DNA of 64,000 nucleotides from an uncultured Candidatus Saccharibacteria bacterium (GCA_964450605.1 CAYVEK010000001.1:72430-136429); one strand, 5' to 3'. Counted from the first letter of the stretch, positions 49,256-58,596 are shown. Notes: generated from the letters alone by a model not told the origin. Program-made: numbers and translations.

Positions 49256-49291
49256 CAACAAAAAAAGCCTATAAACAAGGCTTTTTTGTTG
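49256..49291 (+). terminator. Intrinsic terminator
   Basis: CAACAAAAAAAGCCT-ataaaca-AGGCTTTTTTGTTG. Confidence 0.75.
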
Positions 49292-49327
49292 CACCCTTTC
49301 TTTTAAAAAATAGTTTTTTAAGATAAA

Positions 49328-51841
49328 ATGATATCCATGAAAAGGTTCCTGAAAAACGCTACAGTCCTTGTTTTTTTCTGTGTTCCTTTTTTTAATACTC
49401 AGGCCTATGGAGAGTTTATGATGACTATAAACACAGATCCAAACGGCTCAAATGATTCAACTATAACTATACCTACTAATCCTAACTATGCGCCCAACTA
49501 TACAGTAGATTGGGGCGATGGAAATACTGATTCAGGTTTAATAGGTGATGCAAGCCATACGTACGCGACTGCTGGTACGTATCAAATTCTCATATCTGGA
49601 AATATTGGCGGATTGTATATTAACAACACTACAGGCATTAAAGAAAAAATTGTTTCTGTTGATCAGTGGGGAACTATACAATGGTTGAGTATGGAAAGAG
49701 CTTTTGCCGGTGTTCCGAGTCTAACTATTAATGCTGTAGATACACCCAACCTAAGTCAGGTGACGGATATGTCATATATATTTGCGAATATACCAACTTT
49801 TTTAGATGCAGGCGGACAGATAAATAATTGGAATACAAGCACTATTCAAACTTTAGAAGGCGCTTTTGTAAATGGTGGGTTTAATGCTGACATATCAGGC
49901 TGGAATGTTTCGAATGTGACTAATATGATAGCGACATTCTCTGGGGCAATATCTTTTAATCAGAATATATCAAACTGGACCACATCAGCTGTGACAAATA
50001 TGCAACAAATGTTTCAAGGAGCAACCTCTTTTAACCAGCCTATTGGTGGTTGGAATACTGGAAATGTAACTTCAATGCAGGGTATGTTTGCAAGTGCATC
50101 AAGTTTTAATCAAACATTGAGCTGGAATACAACTAATGTAACTGACATGTCTTCCATGTTTGAGGCGGCAAGTTCTTTTAATAGTAGTCTTTTTTTTGAT
50201 ACTTCAAATGTAACCAACATGTCATACATGTTCCACGAAGCGATAAATTTTAGTCAATCCTTGTATTTTTATACAAACAAAGTTCAAAACATGTCGTATA
50301 TGTTTGCAGATACTTTATATAACGACAACAGTATAACAGGGTGGAACACTGCAACTACAACAGATATGTCGTATATGTTTGCTAGAAACAGTGCATTTAA
50401 CCAGAACATATCAAACTGGAACACTGGAAAAGTAACAAATATGCAAGGCATGTTTCAAGACGCTATCTCTTTCAATCAAAACATCTCATCTTGGAATACT
50501 GCAAATGTAACTGACATGTCAACTATGTTCAGTGGTGCAACAAGTTTTAGCGCAAATATAGGTTCTTGGAATGTGTCCAAAGTTACAAATTTTTCATACA
50601 TGTTTTCAGCAGCCACAGCCTTTAATATTGATCTGAGTTCTTGGAATACAGCATCGTCAACAGCAATAAATGGGATGTTTGCAAATACAAACTTCAATCA
50701 ACCTCTTAACTCTTGGAATGTTTCTTCTGTAGAACAAATGTCAGATGTTTTTTATCAAGCTTCTTCTTTTAATCAACCTCTGAGTAATTGGAACACTTCA
50801 CATGTTACAAATATGACCAATATGTTCTACGGAGCGTCTTCATTTAACCAAGATCTAAGTTCTTGGAACTTTGAAGCTGTGAATTCTATTGATGATTTTT
50901 TGCGAGATGCCAATATGTCATATATTAATTATGATAAATTGCTAGAGGCTTGGGATACTCAAAATACCCAAAATGGTTTGAGTACGTATGTGTCTAACGG
51001 TTTGTATTGTAATAGTACTTCGTACAGATCACATCTGATTCTTACTAAAGGTTGGAGTATTATAGATGTGGGTACACCTGTAGGATGTCCAGCGCCATAT
51101 GTTGTAAATGTTACATCACCAAATGCGGATAGAAATTATGTGACAGGTGAGACAATTACGATTCAAGTTGTTTTTAGTGAGCCTGTAAATGTTGGAAGTG
51201 GTGGGGCTCCAATATTGCAACTAAGGACAGGAACATCTTCTGCGATTACTGCAAATCTGGTCGGAGGAGGTAATGGTACACATACACTTACGTTTTCTTT
51301 TGTGGTTTCTGCGTCACACAACAGTACTGACCTACAATACTTATCAACCTCTGCCCTGGTTGCCACCATAGAAGATGTTGCAACCAGCTCGCTTCCTGCA
51401 AACACAACCCTTCCAGCACTCAACTCTGTAAATAGTCTTGGAGGCAATAAAAATATCACAATCAATCAAACCGCTCCAGTTGTTTCTACAAGTAGTCCAG
51501 CACAGGCTCAAACAAACTCATGGTTCGGTGCAACTTCTTTCGGGGGAACTATAGAAAACATAAAACCTGCCGGAACGTGCAATGATTTTGTATTCAAAAA
51601 ATCACTTAAACTTGGACAAAAAGATAAAGAGGTTGTGGTGATAAAAAAGTTTTTAAACAAAAATCTTGGAACAAAACTAAATTCAAATACTGTGTTTGAC
51701 AAAGCAACTCAAAAAGCGGTTATTCGTTTTCAAGAAAAATATAGAAAAGATATACTAGAACCGACTCGGCTAAAGAAGGGAACGGGTATGTGGTATAGTG
51801 CAACTATTAAAAAAGCAAATCAGTTGGAGTGTGGTAAATAA
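49328..51841 (+). CDS. Surface protein with PKD-like domain, DUF285 repeats, Ig-like domain and peptidoglycan-binding domain
   Basis: VDWGDG..SHTY; many ~25-aa WNTxxVTNMxxMFxxAxSFNQ repeats; C-terminal LKLG..V..IKKFLN...FDKATQKAVIRFQ. Confidence 0.88.
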   Translation: MISMKRFLKNATVLVFFCVPFFNTQAYGEFMMTINTDPNGSNDSTITIPTNPNYAPNYTVDWGDGNTDSGLIGDASHTYATAGTYQILISGNIGGLYINNTTGIKEKIVSVDQWGTIQWLSMERAFAGVPSLTINAVDTPNLSQVTDMSYIFANIPTFLDAGGQINNWNTSTIQTLEGAFVNGGFNADISGWNVSNVTNMIATFSGAISFNQNISNWTTSAVTNMQQMFQGATSFNQPIGGWNTGNVTSMQGMFASASSFNQTLSWNTTNVTDMSSMFEAASSFNSSLFFDTSNVTNMSYMFHEAINFSQSLYFYTNKVQNMSYMFADTLYNDNSITGWNTATTTDMSYMFARNSAFNQNISNWNTGKVTNMQGMFQDAISFNQNISSWNTANVTDMSTMFSGATSFSANIGSWNVSKVTNFSYMFSAATAFNIDLSSWNTASSTAINGMFANTNFNQPLNSWNVSSVEQMSDVFYQASSFNQPLSNWNTSHVTNMTNMFYGASSFNQDLSSWNFEAVNSIDDFLRDANMSYINYDKLLEAWDTQNTQNGLSTYVSNGLYCNSTSYRSHLILTKGWSIIDVGTPVGCPAPYVVNVTSPNADRNYVTGETITIQVVFSEPVNVGSGGAPILQLRTGTSSAITANLVGGGNGTHTLTFSFVVSASHNSTDLQYLSTSALVATIEDVATSSLPANTTLPALNSVNSLGGNKNITINQTAPVVSTSSPAQAQTNSWFGATSFGGTIENIKPAGTCNDFVFKKSLKLGQKDKEVVVIKKFLNKNLGTKLNSNTVFDKATQKAVIRFQEKYRKDILEPTRLKKGTGMWYSATIKKANQLECGK

Positions 51842-51845
51842 AAGT

Positions 51846-51874
51846 AAAATCCCTCAGCTCGGAAGCTTTGGGAT
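51846..51874 (-). terminator. Terminator-like hairpin (cassette E)
   Basis: ATCCC..AGCT-cgga-AGCT..GGGAT with A tract on + strand. Confidence 0.55.
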
Positions 51875-51875
51875 A

Positions 51876-52421
51876 TCACGCGGAGAAAAGAAAATCTTGA
51901 GGATTTAAATTTTCTAAGCGCTCGTCGAACACTAAGTGTGTCAGGTCGAACCAGTTCTTGTCCGGAAAGATTCTGGTTTTGTTGATAAGGTTCCAGGCTA
52001 ACCACAATGCTTCATTGATAGTATTTGGGTTTACAGAATCAATGCCGGCATCCAGATTTCTTTGTATAACTTTTGGAAACTCTCTAGCTTTGTATCTTTC
52101 AAAGCAGGTAGTTTCGGGAACACGGAACTGCCAGCATACAACTTTGAAACCTAGGTTTTGCAGCTTTTTTACAAACCGTGCATTTATAACCCAGCTATCG
52201 AGAATAATGCTTTGATCTGGACATGTGATCTCCTGGGTAAGATATAGAGCTGCCTGAAGGGCCAAATTCCCTAATTTACCGACATACTCATCTTCTTCTG
52301 CTATTGACGCAATCCTGTCTAGGGATACGTAGTGCATTTGTGGAAAGTTTTTCTGCATCCACTGGCAGAATGTTGTTTTACCGGCCCCTTGAAAGCCGAT
52401 AGGAATGTATACGACTTTCAT
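51876..52421 (-). CDS. P-loop kinase (AAA_33 / polynucleotide-kinase-like; cassette E)
   Basis: GFQGAGKTT Walker A, SLD, IILD, R...R lid (FERYKAR). Confidence 0.75.
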   Translation of the reverse strand: MKVVYIPIGFQGAGKTTFCQWMQKNFPQMHYVSLDRIASIAEEDEYVGKLGNLALQAALYLTQEITCPDQSIILDSWVINARFVKKLQNLGFKVVCWQFRVPETTCFERYKAREFPKVIQRNLDAGIDSVNPNTINEALWLAWNLINKTRIFPDKNWFDLTHLVFDERLENLNPQDFLFSA

Positions 52422-52488
52422 GTTTTGTGGGTGGTTTACTGAAAAGTGTCATACTGATCAGCTTTTACACCATATAATATATATACAA

Positions 52489-52527
52489 AAAAGTAAACCC
52501 TCAGCCAAACCTTGCGGTTGGTGAGGG
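52489..52527 (-). terminator. Terminator hairpin (cassette F)
   Basis: CCCTCA-g-CCA-a-ACC-ttgc-GGT-TGG-TGAGGG with A tract on + strand. Confidence 0.7.
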
Positions 52528-52809
52528 TTACTCGATTTTGTATTCTGTCTTGAACTGGTACCCGAGGTACCCGTACTGAGTTTTGAGTCGGTCTACTCTG
52601 AGAAAAATGTCTTCAAGCTCTTGCGAGCTCGAAACAGTTCCCATATAGATTTGACCTTTTCTTTTCAGTACAGTATCTGTCCACTTGATGGTGATATCAA
52701 GGTGAACAGGCTTTTCCTCAACTACCGGTTTTAGATACAGAAGCGGGCCGTATACCATATCCGCCAAAATAGGCAGACACAGCAAGGCGACAAAGAACAT
52801 GTGTTTCAT
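52528..52809 (-). CDS. Orphan small secreted/membrane protein (cassette F)
   Basis: 93 aa with hydrophobic N-terminus; -10 TATACT at 52837-52832. Confidence 0.6.
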   Translation of the reverse strand: MKHMFFVALLCLPILADMVYGPLLYLKPVVEEKPVHLDITIKWTDTVLKRKGQIYMGTVSSSQELEDIFLRVDRLKTQYGYLGYQFKTEYKIE

Positions 52810-52855
52810 GAGGGTGCTGTGGTTTCGACTCAGTATAGCATGATATAATGGCTAT

Positions 52856-53458
52856 ATGAAAATCATCAAAATTCTCATATATGTAGTACTTGCACTCCTT
52901 GTTGTCTATGGAGTTCTCTCTTTTACCAACTCTTTGTCTAAGCCGGGAACCAAGTTTTCATTAACTCAAAGCGCCGTAGTAACTCGTATGCAGGCACTTT
53001 CTCGTCTTGAGACTGCTTCATTTACTATCGAAAAGATTATAGAAGGAGGTATTCAAGGTAATGTATTTCAAAATATTTTATACGGCGACAAGATACTCCT
53101 CATAGCACATGCAGACGTTGTTGCAGGCTTCGATCTTTCAAAGATCACAACACAAGATGTGACCGTGTCAGGTAAAGAGCTTGTGGTGTATCTACCAGCA
53201 CCGGAGATATTGTACAGTCGACTTGATAATGCTCAGACAAAAGTTTATGACAGAAAACTCGGCCTTCTTACAAAAGGTGATAGTGACCTAGAATCACAAG
53301 CTCGAGCAAAAGCAGAAGAGACTATACGAAAAGCGGCATGTGATGCGGGTATCTTAAAGATGGCAACTGATAATGCTCAGAAACAATTTCAAGGAATGTT
53401 TGGCACAGCTGGTTTTGAAAAAGTTGTTGTGACAGCAAAAGCGGGAGAGTGTAAATAA
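52856..53458 (+). CDS. DUF4230 domain protein
   Basis: N-terminal TM, LETA...EKII, AGFDLSK, LPAPEI, A...GIL..A..NA. Confidence 0.8.
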   Translation: MKIIKILIYVVLALLVVYGVLSFTNSLSKPGTKFSLTQSAVVTRMQALSRLETASFTIEKIIEGGIQGNVFQNILYGDKILLIAHADVVAGFDLSKITTQDVTVSGKELVVYLPAPEILYSRLDNAQTKVYDRKLGLLTKGDSDLESQARAKAEETIRKAACDAGILKMATDNAQKQFQGMFGTAGFEKVVVTAKAGECK

Positions 53459-54082
53459 TCAAGTTCGTTTATCACGTTTCTTCCACTCGATAAGAGAACC
53501 AAGCTCTCTTTCAAATGCATCAGCAGGGCGCAGATATTTTTCTTGAGACTTTGGAAATAAAAGTTTGGTTGGTGTGTTATACATTTTTTCAGCAATAGGA
53601 TACAGGTCTTCTGTTGTGGTTATCCATTCTGTTCCAAATTTACTCATATCAAATGGTCCAGCAAAACCGCGTAATACTTTTTTTCCATTTGTATCTTTCC
53701 AACACTCGTGCATATACGACAACGCAAGTTCCCGCAGCGTTTTGTATACTGGATCTCTAAACCTTAGTGCGAGATGATTAGTTTTACTGATAGCACCCCA
53801 ATACCCGTTTATCTTATACAGAGTTACCATATGATTTATATCACCTGGAACTTTGAGTTCGAGTACAAGTGGCTTGTGTCCATGTATCCACAGAGCTGTG
53901 GCAGCAAAAAGAGCCCCTTCAAAACAATGAGCCTTTTTGTGTTTGAGCACTTCCCGAGGTGACATGTTTGTATCACCTTCTTTTTCCCAGTTTATAGCCA
54001 AAGTATCTAAAAAATCTTGTATCTTGATTGGAGTGTTTAGTTTTTTGAATATCTGTAGTTCTTCTCGGGTCAGGTTGAACAT
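53459..54082 (-). CDS. Conserved hypothetical protein, transglutaminase-like Cys-His motif
   Basis: TPIKIQDFLD, AHCFEGALFAA, NH, WGAISKTNH..LRFRDPVY. Confidence 0.7.
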   Translation of the reverse strand: MFNLTREELQIFKKLNTPIKIQDFLDTLAINWEKEGDTNMSPREVLKHKKAHCFEGALFAATALWIHGHKPLVLELKVPGDINHMVTLYKINGYWGAISKTNHLALRFRDPVYKTLRELALSYMHECWKDTNGKKVLRGFAGPFDMSKFGTEWITTTEDLYPIAEKMYNTPTKLLFPKSQEKYLRPADAFERELGSLIEWKKRDKRT

Positions 54083-54131
54083 GATATAAGTGTATCAATT
54101 TATCAATAAATGAGATACTATATACATATCT

Positions 54132-54548
54132 ATGAGAAGAAAGTATAATCCCGGACTCGTGAAAGTAGTTGTAAAGAGATCAAGCGCAGGACTCGGACTA
54201 TTTGCAGGAGAGGACATCAAAAAAGGAACATGTATCATTGAGTACATCGGTCGACAGATAAAAGGGCAAGAAGAATATACCAGCAACAGTAAATATCTTT
54301 TTGAAGTAAATGCTCGTATGACTATAGATGGTCGAGACAGATCTAATACTGCTCGATATATCAATCATTCATGCAGACCTAATTGTGAGACTGAAACATA
54401 CAAAAGAAGAGTGTATATATTTGCGTATAAGAACATAAAAGCAGGGGAGGAACTTACATATGATTATGGAAAAGAATATTGGGGTGAGCATATTAAACCG
54501 ATAGGGTGTCGGTGTGTGAAGTGTCAGGAGAAAAAGGAAAACAAATAA
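54132..54548 (+). CDS. SET domain protein-lysine methyltransferase
   Basis: GLGLFA, ARYINHSCRPN, EELTYDYG, post-SET CRCxxC. Confidence 0.92.
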   Translation: MRRKYNPGLVKVVVKRSSAGLGLFAGEDIKKGTCIIEYIGRQIKGQEEYTSNSKYLFEVNARMTIDGRDRSNTARYINHSCRPNCETETYKRRVYIFAYKNIKAGEELTYDYGKEYWGEHIKPIGCRCVKCQEKKENK

Positions 54549-55059
54549 CAGGGTGTCCAAGCATGTCGTATGCTATGCAGGAAGGTTTGTATTTGCTAAA
54601 GAAAATCTCTCCCTCAGTACTCCAAATCGTTGCGTAAAAATTTTGAATCGCAAAACCTTGAGACAAGGCGTATTTTAAATTTTCATTAAATAGTTTTCTT
54701 CCTAGTCCGTGCTTTTGATATTCTGGCAGTATCGCTATAGAGCAAATATATACATTAATATTTTTATTAGTACTTTTATCTATAATTGATTCCATGTGTC
54801 CTTCACGCACAACTCCCTTTTTTAATTGTTCTATACCAAAAGCTGATATTTTTTGCGCATCAATATATCCCACGATAACATCTTTTTCATTTAAAGCGAC
54901 ATGGCAAAAAGAAGATGTATCTATGTTGTACCAATAATCAACATCTCCGGTATCATCTCGAGATAATTCGCCAAAGATTTTAGAGTCCAGGTCTATAAGT
55001 TTCTGTATAAGCTCTTTTTGATTTTTAAATTCAGATGAGTTTTTTATAACCATTGTCAT
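54493..55059 (-). CDS. GNAT family acetyltransferase
   Basis: IAILPEYQKHGLGRKL acetyl-CoA motif; start 55059, 7 nt after TACAAT. Confidence 0.8.
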   Translation of the reverse strand: MTMVIKNSSEFKNQKELIQKLIDLDSKIFGELSRDDTGDVDYWYNIDTSSFCHVALNEKDVIVGYIDAQKISAFGIEQLKKGVVREGHMESIIDKSTNKNINVYICSIAILPEYQKHGLGRKLFNENLKYALSQGFAIQNFYATIWSTEGEIFFSKYKPSCIAYDMLGHPVICFPFSPDTSHTDTLSV

Positions 55060-55074
55060 GTTGTGTATTGTAAC

Positions 55075-55114
55075 AAAAATTTCCCCACCCACGGCATGGT
55101 GCCGGGGTGGGGTG
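55075..55114 (-). repeat. 40-bp hairpin/terminator repeat, copy 1 (cassette G 3' end)
   Basis: AAAAATTTCCCCACCCACGGCATGGTGCCGGGGTGGGGTG; 39/40 identical to 55486-55525. Confidence 0.9.
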
Positions 55115-55118
55115 AGGA

Positions 55119-55433
55119 TCATGACTCACTGCTCTTATCCCAAGGTTTTGGGAAGCAGAAGTTGAATGTAAGTTCCTCGGGCCCAGTTCTGAAGCCGAGT
55201 TGGAAGAAGTCGAACGATCCGTCGCGACCTCTTCGCATAAACTTCAATGCATCTGTTGCGTCGACCAGGAACAGGCCCGGATGGTCATTTTCGGCCGGTA
55301 ACAAGATGCCTGAGGCTCCTTGCAACTTGAATGGTGTTGTTGTGATCCAGGATGTCACCTGGGTTATGATGGAGGTGTTTGGAGGAACGGTGATGGTCCT
55401 CCATTCGACTGCGGGTGATGATGGCGTGCTCAT
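55119..55433 (-). CDS. Orphan protein (cassette G)
   Basis: ATG at 55433 (MSTPSS); promoter TTGACA(55475)-17bp-TATAAA(55452). Confidence 0.6.
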   Translation of the reverse strand: MSTPSSPAVEWRTITVPPNTSIITQVTSWITTTPFKLQGASGILLPAENDHPGLFLVDATDALKFMRRGRDGSFDFFQLGFRTGPEELTFNFCFPKPWDKSSES

Positions 55434-55485
55434 AAAGTGCAAAGTATTTATACTATTTAAGATTCTTAGTGTCAATTATCATAAA

Positions 55486-55525
55486 AAAAATTTCCCCACC
55501 CACGGCGTGGTGCCGGGGTGGGGTG
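55486..55525 (-). repeat. 40-bp hairpin/terminator repeat, copy 2 (cassette H 3' end)
   Basis: AAAAATTTCCCCACCCACGGCGTGGTGCCGGGGTGGGGTG. Confidence 0.9.
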
Positions 55526-55539
55526 TGAGAGAGAGAGGA

Positions 55540-55941
55540 TCAGGGTGTTCGGAAGAGTAAGTGGCCGGGGCGGGTCACCTTAAATCCAAACAAATAATCC
55601 TGAATCGCTCGAGGACTATCGATGACGCTGAAACGCCATTTCTTGCCCGTGGTGTCCCTTGCGGATATAACGTACTGATGATGTACGTTTTCCAGGGTTT
55701 TCGGGGTCTGGTCGAGGATTTCTCCTTCGACCGTGTACTCCCCAATAGGGAGCTCATGAACCCCAACGATGAACGAGGGTTCGATTTCTTCCCTGACAGC
55801 TACCTTTGCAGGTGCTGTAGGGGCGTTGTGGAATGACGGCTCTTCAGGGTGTTCTGTTATTCCCCAAATAAGCCAAATCATAAATCCTGTTGCCGCGACA
55901 AGTAGGGTGAGTATCACGGCCGGTTTTTTGATAAAGTGCAT
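55540..55941 (-). CDS. Orphan single-TM protein (cassette H)
   Basis: ATG at 55941 (MHFIKKP), TM helix; promoter TTGACA(55977)-17bp-TATGGT(55954). Confidence 0.65.
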   Translation of the reverse strand: MHFIKKPAVILTLLVAATGFMIWLIWGITEHPEEPSFHNAPTAPAKVAVREEIEPSFIVGVHELPIGEYTVEGEILDQTPKTLENVHHQYVISARDTTGKKWRFSVIDSPRAIQDYLFGFKVTRPGHLLFRTP

Positions 55942-55980
55942 AAAAACAACCATACACTTATATTTTGGATATGTCAAGCT

Positions 55981-56688
55981 CTATCTAAACCCATGCACCA
56001 AAAACTCTTTATTTCCATCACCGCCACGTATCGGAGAATCTATAACCTCAAGATTTTTCCATCCTGCATTTTCTAAATCTTTTAAAATATCTGCTATGCA
56101 TTTTTGTGTTGCTTCTTCTGACACCACAACTCCTTGTTTATTTAAATAATCTTGTCCAACTTCAAACTGGGGTTTGATAAGTAAAACTATATGTCCTATG
56201 TGTATAAAACGATCGATGTGAGGAATTATTTTTCGCAGTGATATAAAAGAGACATCGCATACGATTATGTCAACATGTGTGTCAAGAGAAAAATTTCGTA
56301 TATCAGTTTTTTCATGTAACTCTATGTGACCATCTTGACGAAGTTCTGTATCAAACTGATCCGTACCAACATCGACTGCGATTACTTTCTGTGCGCCGTG
56401 TTGTAAAGCGCAATCAGTAAAACCGCCTGTAGAAGATCCGATGTCGAGTATTGTTTTTCCTTGGACATCGATAGACCAATGTTGTATGGCTTTTTCTAGT
56501 TTTTCTCCGGCACGACTTACAAAACGCGGAAGTTCAGTTACTTGTATTTGATCATGTTCATGTACGGTTGTATTTGTTTTTGTTACTGCTGATCCGTTGA
56601 CCAACACTAAACCATCCTCGATGAGACGTTTTGCTACACTTCGACTTTTTACTATTTGTCGTTCAACTAAGGCTATATCTAAACGCAT
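55981..56688 (-). CDS. tlyA: TlyA family rRNA 2'-O-methyltransferase
   Basis: S4 domain RLD, FVSRAGEKL, DIGSSTGGFTD, DVSFISL, LIKPQFE, GNKEF. Confidence 0.93.
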   Translation of the reverse strand: MRLDIALVERQIVKSRSVAKRLIEDGLVLVNGSAVTKTNTTVHEHDQIQVTELPRFVSRAGEKLEKAIQHWSIDVQGKTILDIGSSTGGFTDCALQHGAQKVIAVDVGTDQFDTELRQDGHIELHEKTDIRNFSLDTHVDIIVCDVSFISLRKIIPHIDRFIHIGHIVLLIKPQFEVGQDYLNKQGVVVSEEATQKCIADILKDLENAGWKNLEVIDSPIRGGDGNKEFLVHGFR

Positions 56689-56692
56689 ACGA

Positions 56693-57967
56693 TTATCCTA
56701 CACGTTTTTCGAGTACAATCAAACATTCGACGTGAGGTGTCATGGGAAAATAGTTGTACAGTTTTGCATACACGGGTTTGTATGTGTCTATGATTTCGGC
56801 TAAGTCTCGGGCCTGAGACTCGATGTTACATGACAGATATATCACCTTTGGAGGCAAGGTGTTTCGTATCTTTTGAAGTAGGCGAGGGTGAAGTCCTCCT
56901 CGAGGTGGGTCTACTATGAGTATATCGTTACTGTTTATCTGTTGTAACATCTCGTGAGCTTGGCAGGCGTAGGCTTCGGCTTGTATGTTATTGTCTTGTA
57001 TATTTTGCTTTGCAAATATAACAGCTTCTTTATTTTCCTCAACTAAAGTTACATGTTTTGTGTGTGTAAGAGAAAGGCCGATAGATCCAACTCCAGAATA
57101 AAAATCCAGTATAGAACTAGAAGTAGGTATATGTTCCTGTATGTCGAGCAGTGTCTGTTCAAACACATCGGGATTGATTTGGAAAAAACTAGTAACACCG
57201 AAAGTATATGTGGTATCTCGAAGTTTCTCTGTCAGTGTATGTTTTGGTGCAAGATGCAATATGTCTGTAACTACCGATGCAGGACTTTTTGGTTCAGAAT
57301 AAAAAATAGATAGAAAATCAAAAGGAAGAGTGGTAGTAAGTTTCTCTATATCTCGTGTTTTGGTATACAATCCAGCAATAACTTCTCCGGCACGATTTGA
57401 TCGAAGTATCACTGTTTTTAAATCACTACGTGGAAACTGTACAGTATCGAGCCAGTTGATGATGTCAACCATAACTTTGTTTATAGCAGGTGTTGCAAGT
57501 ACGCAAGGTCTGATCGGTATTTTCTTTTTTTCCATACGTCCAAATATGCCGATATGAAATCTATTGTCATCGTCGGTAAATATATGGTATTCCATCTTGT
57601 GGCGATAAGCAGTTCTCTGATTGTTTGAGTACACTTCGCTTTTCTTGAGAAGATTTGTAACTTCTGTATATGATGCAAAAGTTTTAAGAGCATGTTCTTT
57701 TTTTAAAGTATGCTCATGTTCCAGTGTCATGATTTGCCAAGGACTACACGATACAAAATGATCTTCGAGAGGTTTTACCCGATGAGGTGAAGATGTGACT
57801 ATCTGGTCAGCTTGGAGCTCTTTTCTCTTTTTCTGATATTTGTCTATAGGACAACAAACCGTTTCTCCTGGTATAGCATTCCATACGCTAAAATCCTTGC
57901 CATAGAGCTCGGCATGACATGAACCATCTGGTTGTATGTGATCTGGGGTAAAAGGAGGGGTGTTCAT
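56693..57967 (-). CDS. RNA (uracil-5)-methyltransferase, TrmA/RlmD family
   Basis: SFFQIN, LDFYSGVG, VDPPRGG, YLSCN, FPMTPHVE; start 57967, 7 nt after TATACT. Confidence 0.9.
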   Translation of the reverse strand: MNTPPFTPDHIQPDGSCHAELYGKDFSVWNAIPGETVCCPIDKYQKKRKELQADQIVTSSPHRVKPLEDHFVSCSPWQIMTLEHEHTLKKEHALKTFASYTEVTNLLKKSEVYSNNQRTAYRHKMEYHIFTDDDNRFHIGIFGRMEKKKIPIRPCVLATPAINKVMVDIINWLDTVQFPRSDLKTVILRSNRAGEVIAGLYTKTRDIEKLTTTLPFDFLSIFYSEPKSPASVVTDILHLAPKHTLTEKLRDTTYTFGVTSFFQINPDVFEQTLLDIQEHIPTSSSILDFYSGVGSIGLSLTHTKHVTLVEENKEAVIFAKQNIQDNNIQAEAYACQAHEMLQQINSNDILIVDPPRGGLHPRLLQKIRNTLPPKVIYLSCNIESQARDLAEIIDTYKPVYAKLYNYFPMTPHVECLIVLEKRVG

Positions 57968-58017
57968 TGATCCGAGTATAGCATTTTGCATACAAATAGA
58001 CATGGTATAATATGAGC

Positions 58018-58596
58018 ATGGAAAAACAGCCACTTTTTGAGAAATATTTTATGCCAAATACATCATATCACGCAAAGTTGATAGATGTAGAATTTGATTT
58101 TAACTTTCAAAATACATGGGTAGTAGATATTCCTTTTTCTGGAAAATTATACATTCAAGATCGTGTGTTTGATCTTCCACAAATATCAAAAAAAATACTC
58201 CCACTCAGTATAGGCTGTGTTGTATCTGAAGCGTATATACCAATGAACCCAAATGGTGTGCTGGTGGGCGCTGTTGGTATTCATATAGAGTCAACTGGTT
58301 TAAGTCGTTTTGAAAAGATAGGTTCTGTTCGAGTTGATTCTGGTATGCTCCAGGTATCGAACATTGATGTTTCATCTATTGATAGAAGCATGTTCAAAGA
58401 AACATACAGTGATGAGTATTCGCATGTACATGAAATAGATGGAAAAGTTGTGGTTGATATATCTGCAGGTTTTGGTGATGGTGAATATCCGGTGTATGTC
58501 GCATATGGTTCTGATAACACGGTGTGTGCGATATATGTTGATTTTCTGTTGTTTGATAGACCGGATGTGGTGGAGAAACTTATTAGTAGAAGTTAA
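58018..58596 (+). CDS. DUF4241-like protein
   Basis: SGKL..D, VDSG, SAGFGDGEYPVY, AIYVDF; start 58018 after TATAAT. Confidence 0.7.
   Translation: MEKQPLFEKYFMPNTSYHAKLIDVEFDFNFQNTWVVDIPFSGKLYIQDRVFDLPQISKKILPLSIGCVVSEAYIPMNPNGVLVGAVGIHIESTGLSRFEKIGSVRVDSGMLQVSNIDVSSIDRSMFKETYSDEYSHVHEIDGKVVVDISAGFGDGEYPVYVAYGSDNTVCAIYVDFLLFDRPDVVEKLISRS

Noticed and set aside
49800-50900. Nucleotide repeats as a DGR template/variable pair or tandem ncRNA array
   Set aside because: They are degenerate in-frame DUF285 protein repeats; no reverse transcriptase and no adenine-specific mismatch pair noticed.
55075-55525. 40-bp palindromic direct repeats as a CRISPR array
   Set aside because: Only two copies, separated by 371 bp containing a promoter and ORF; no cas genes in the window.
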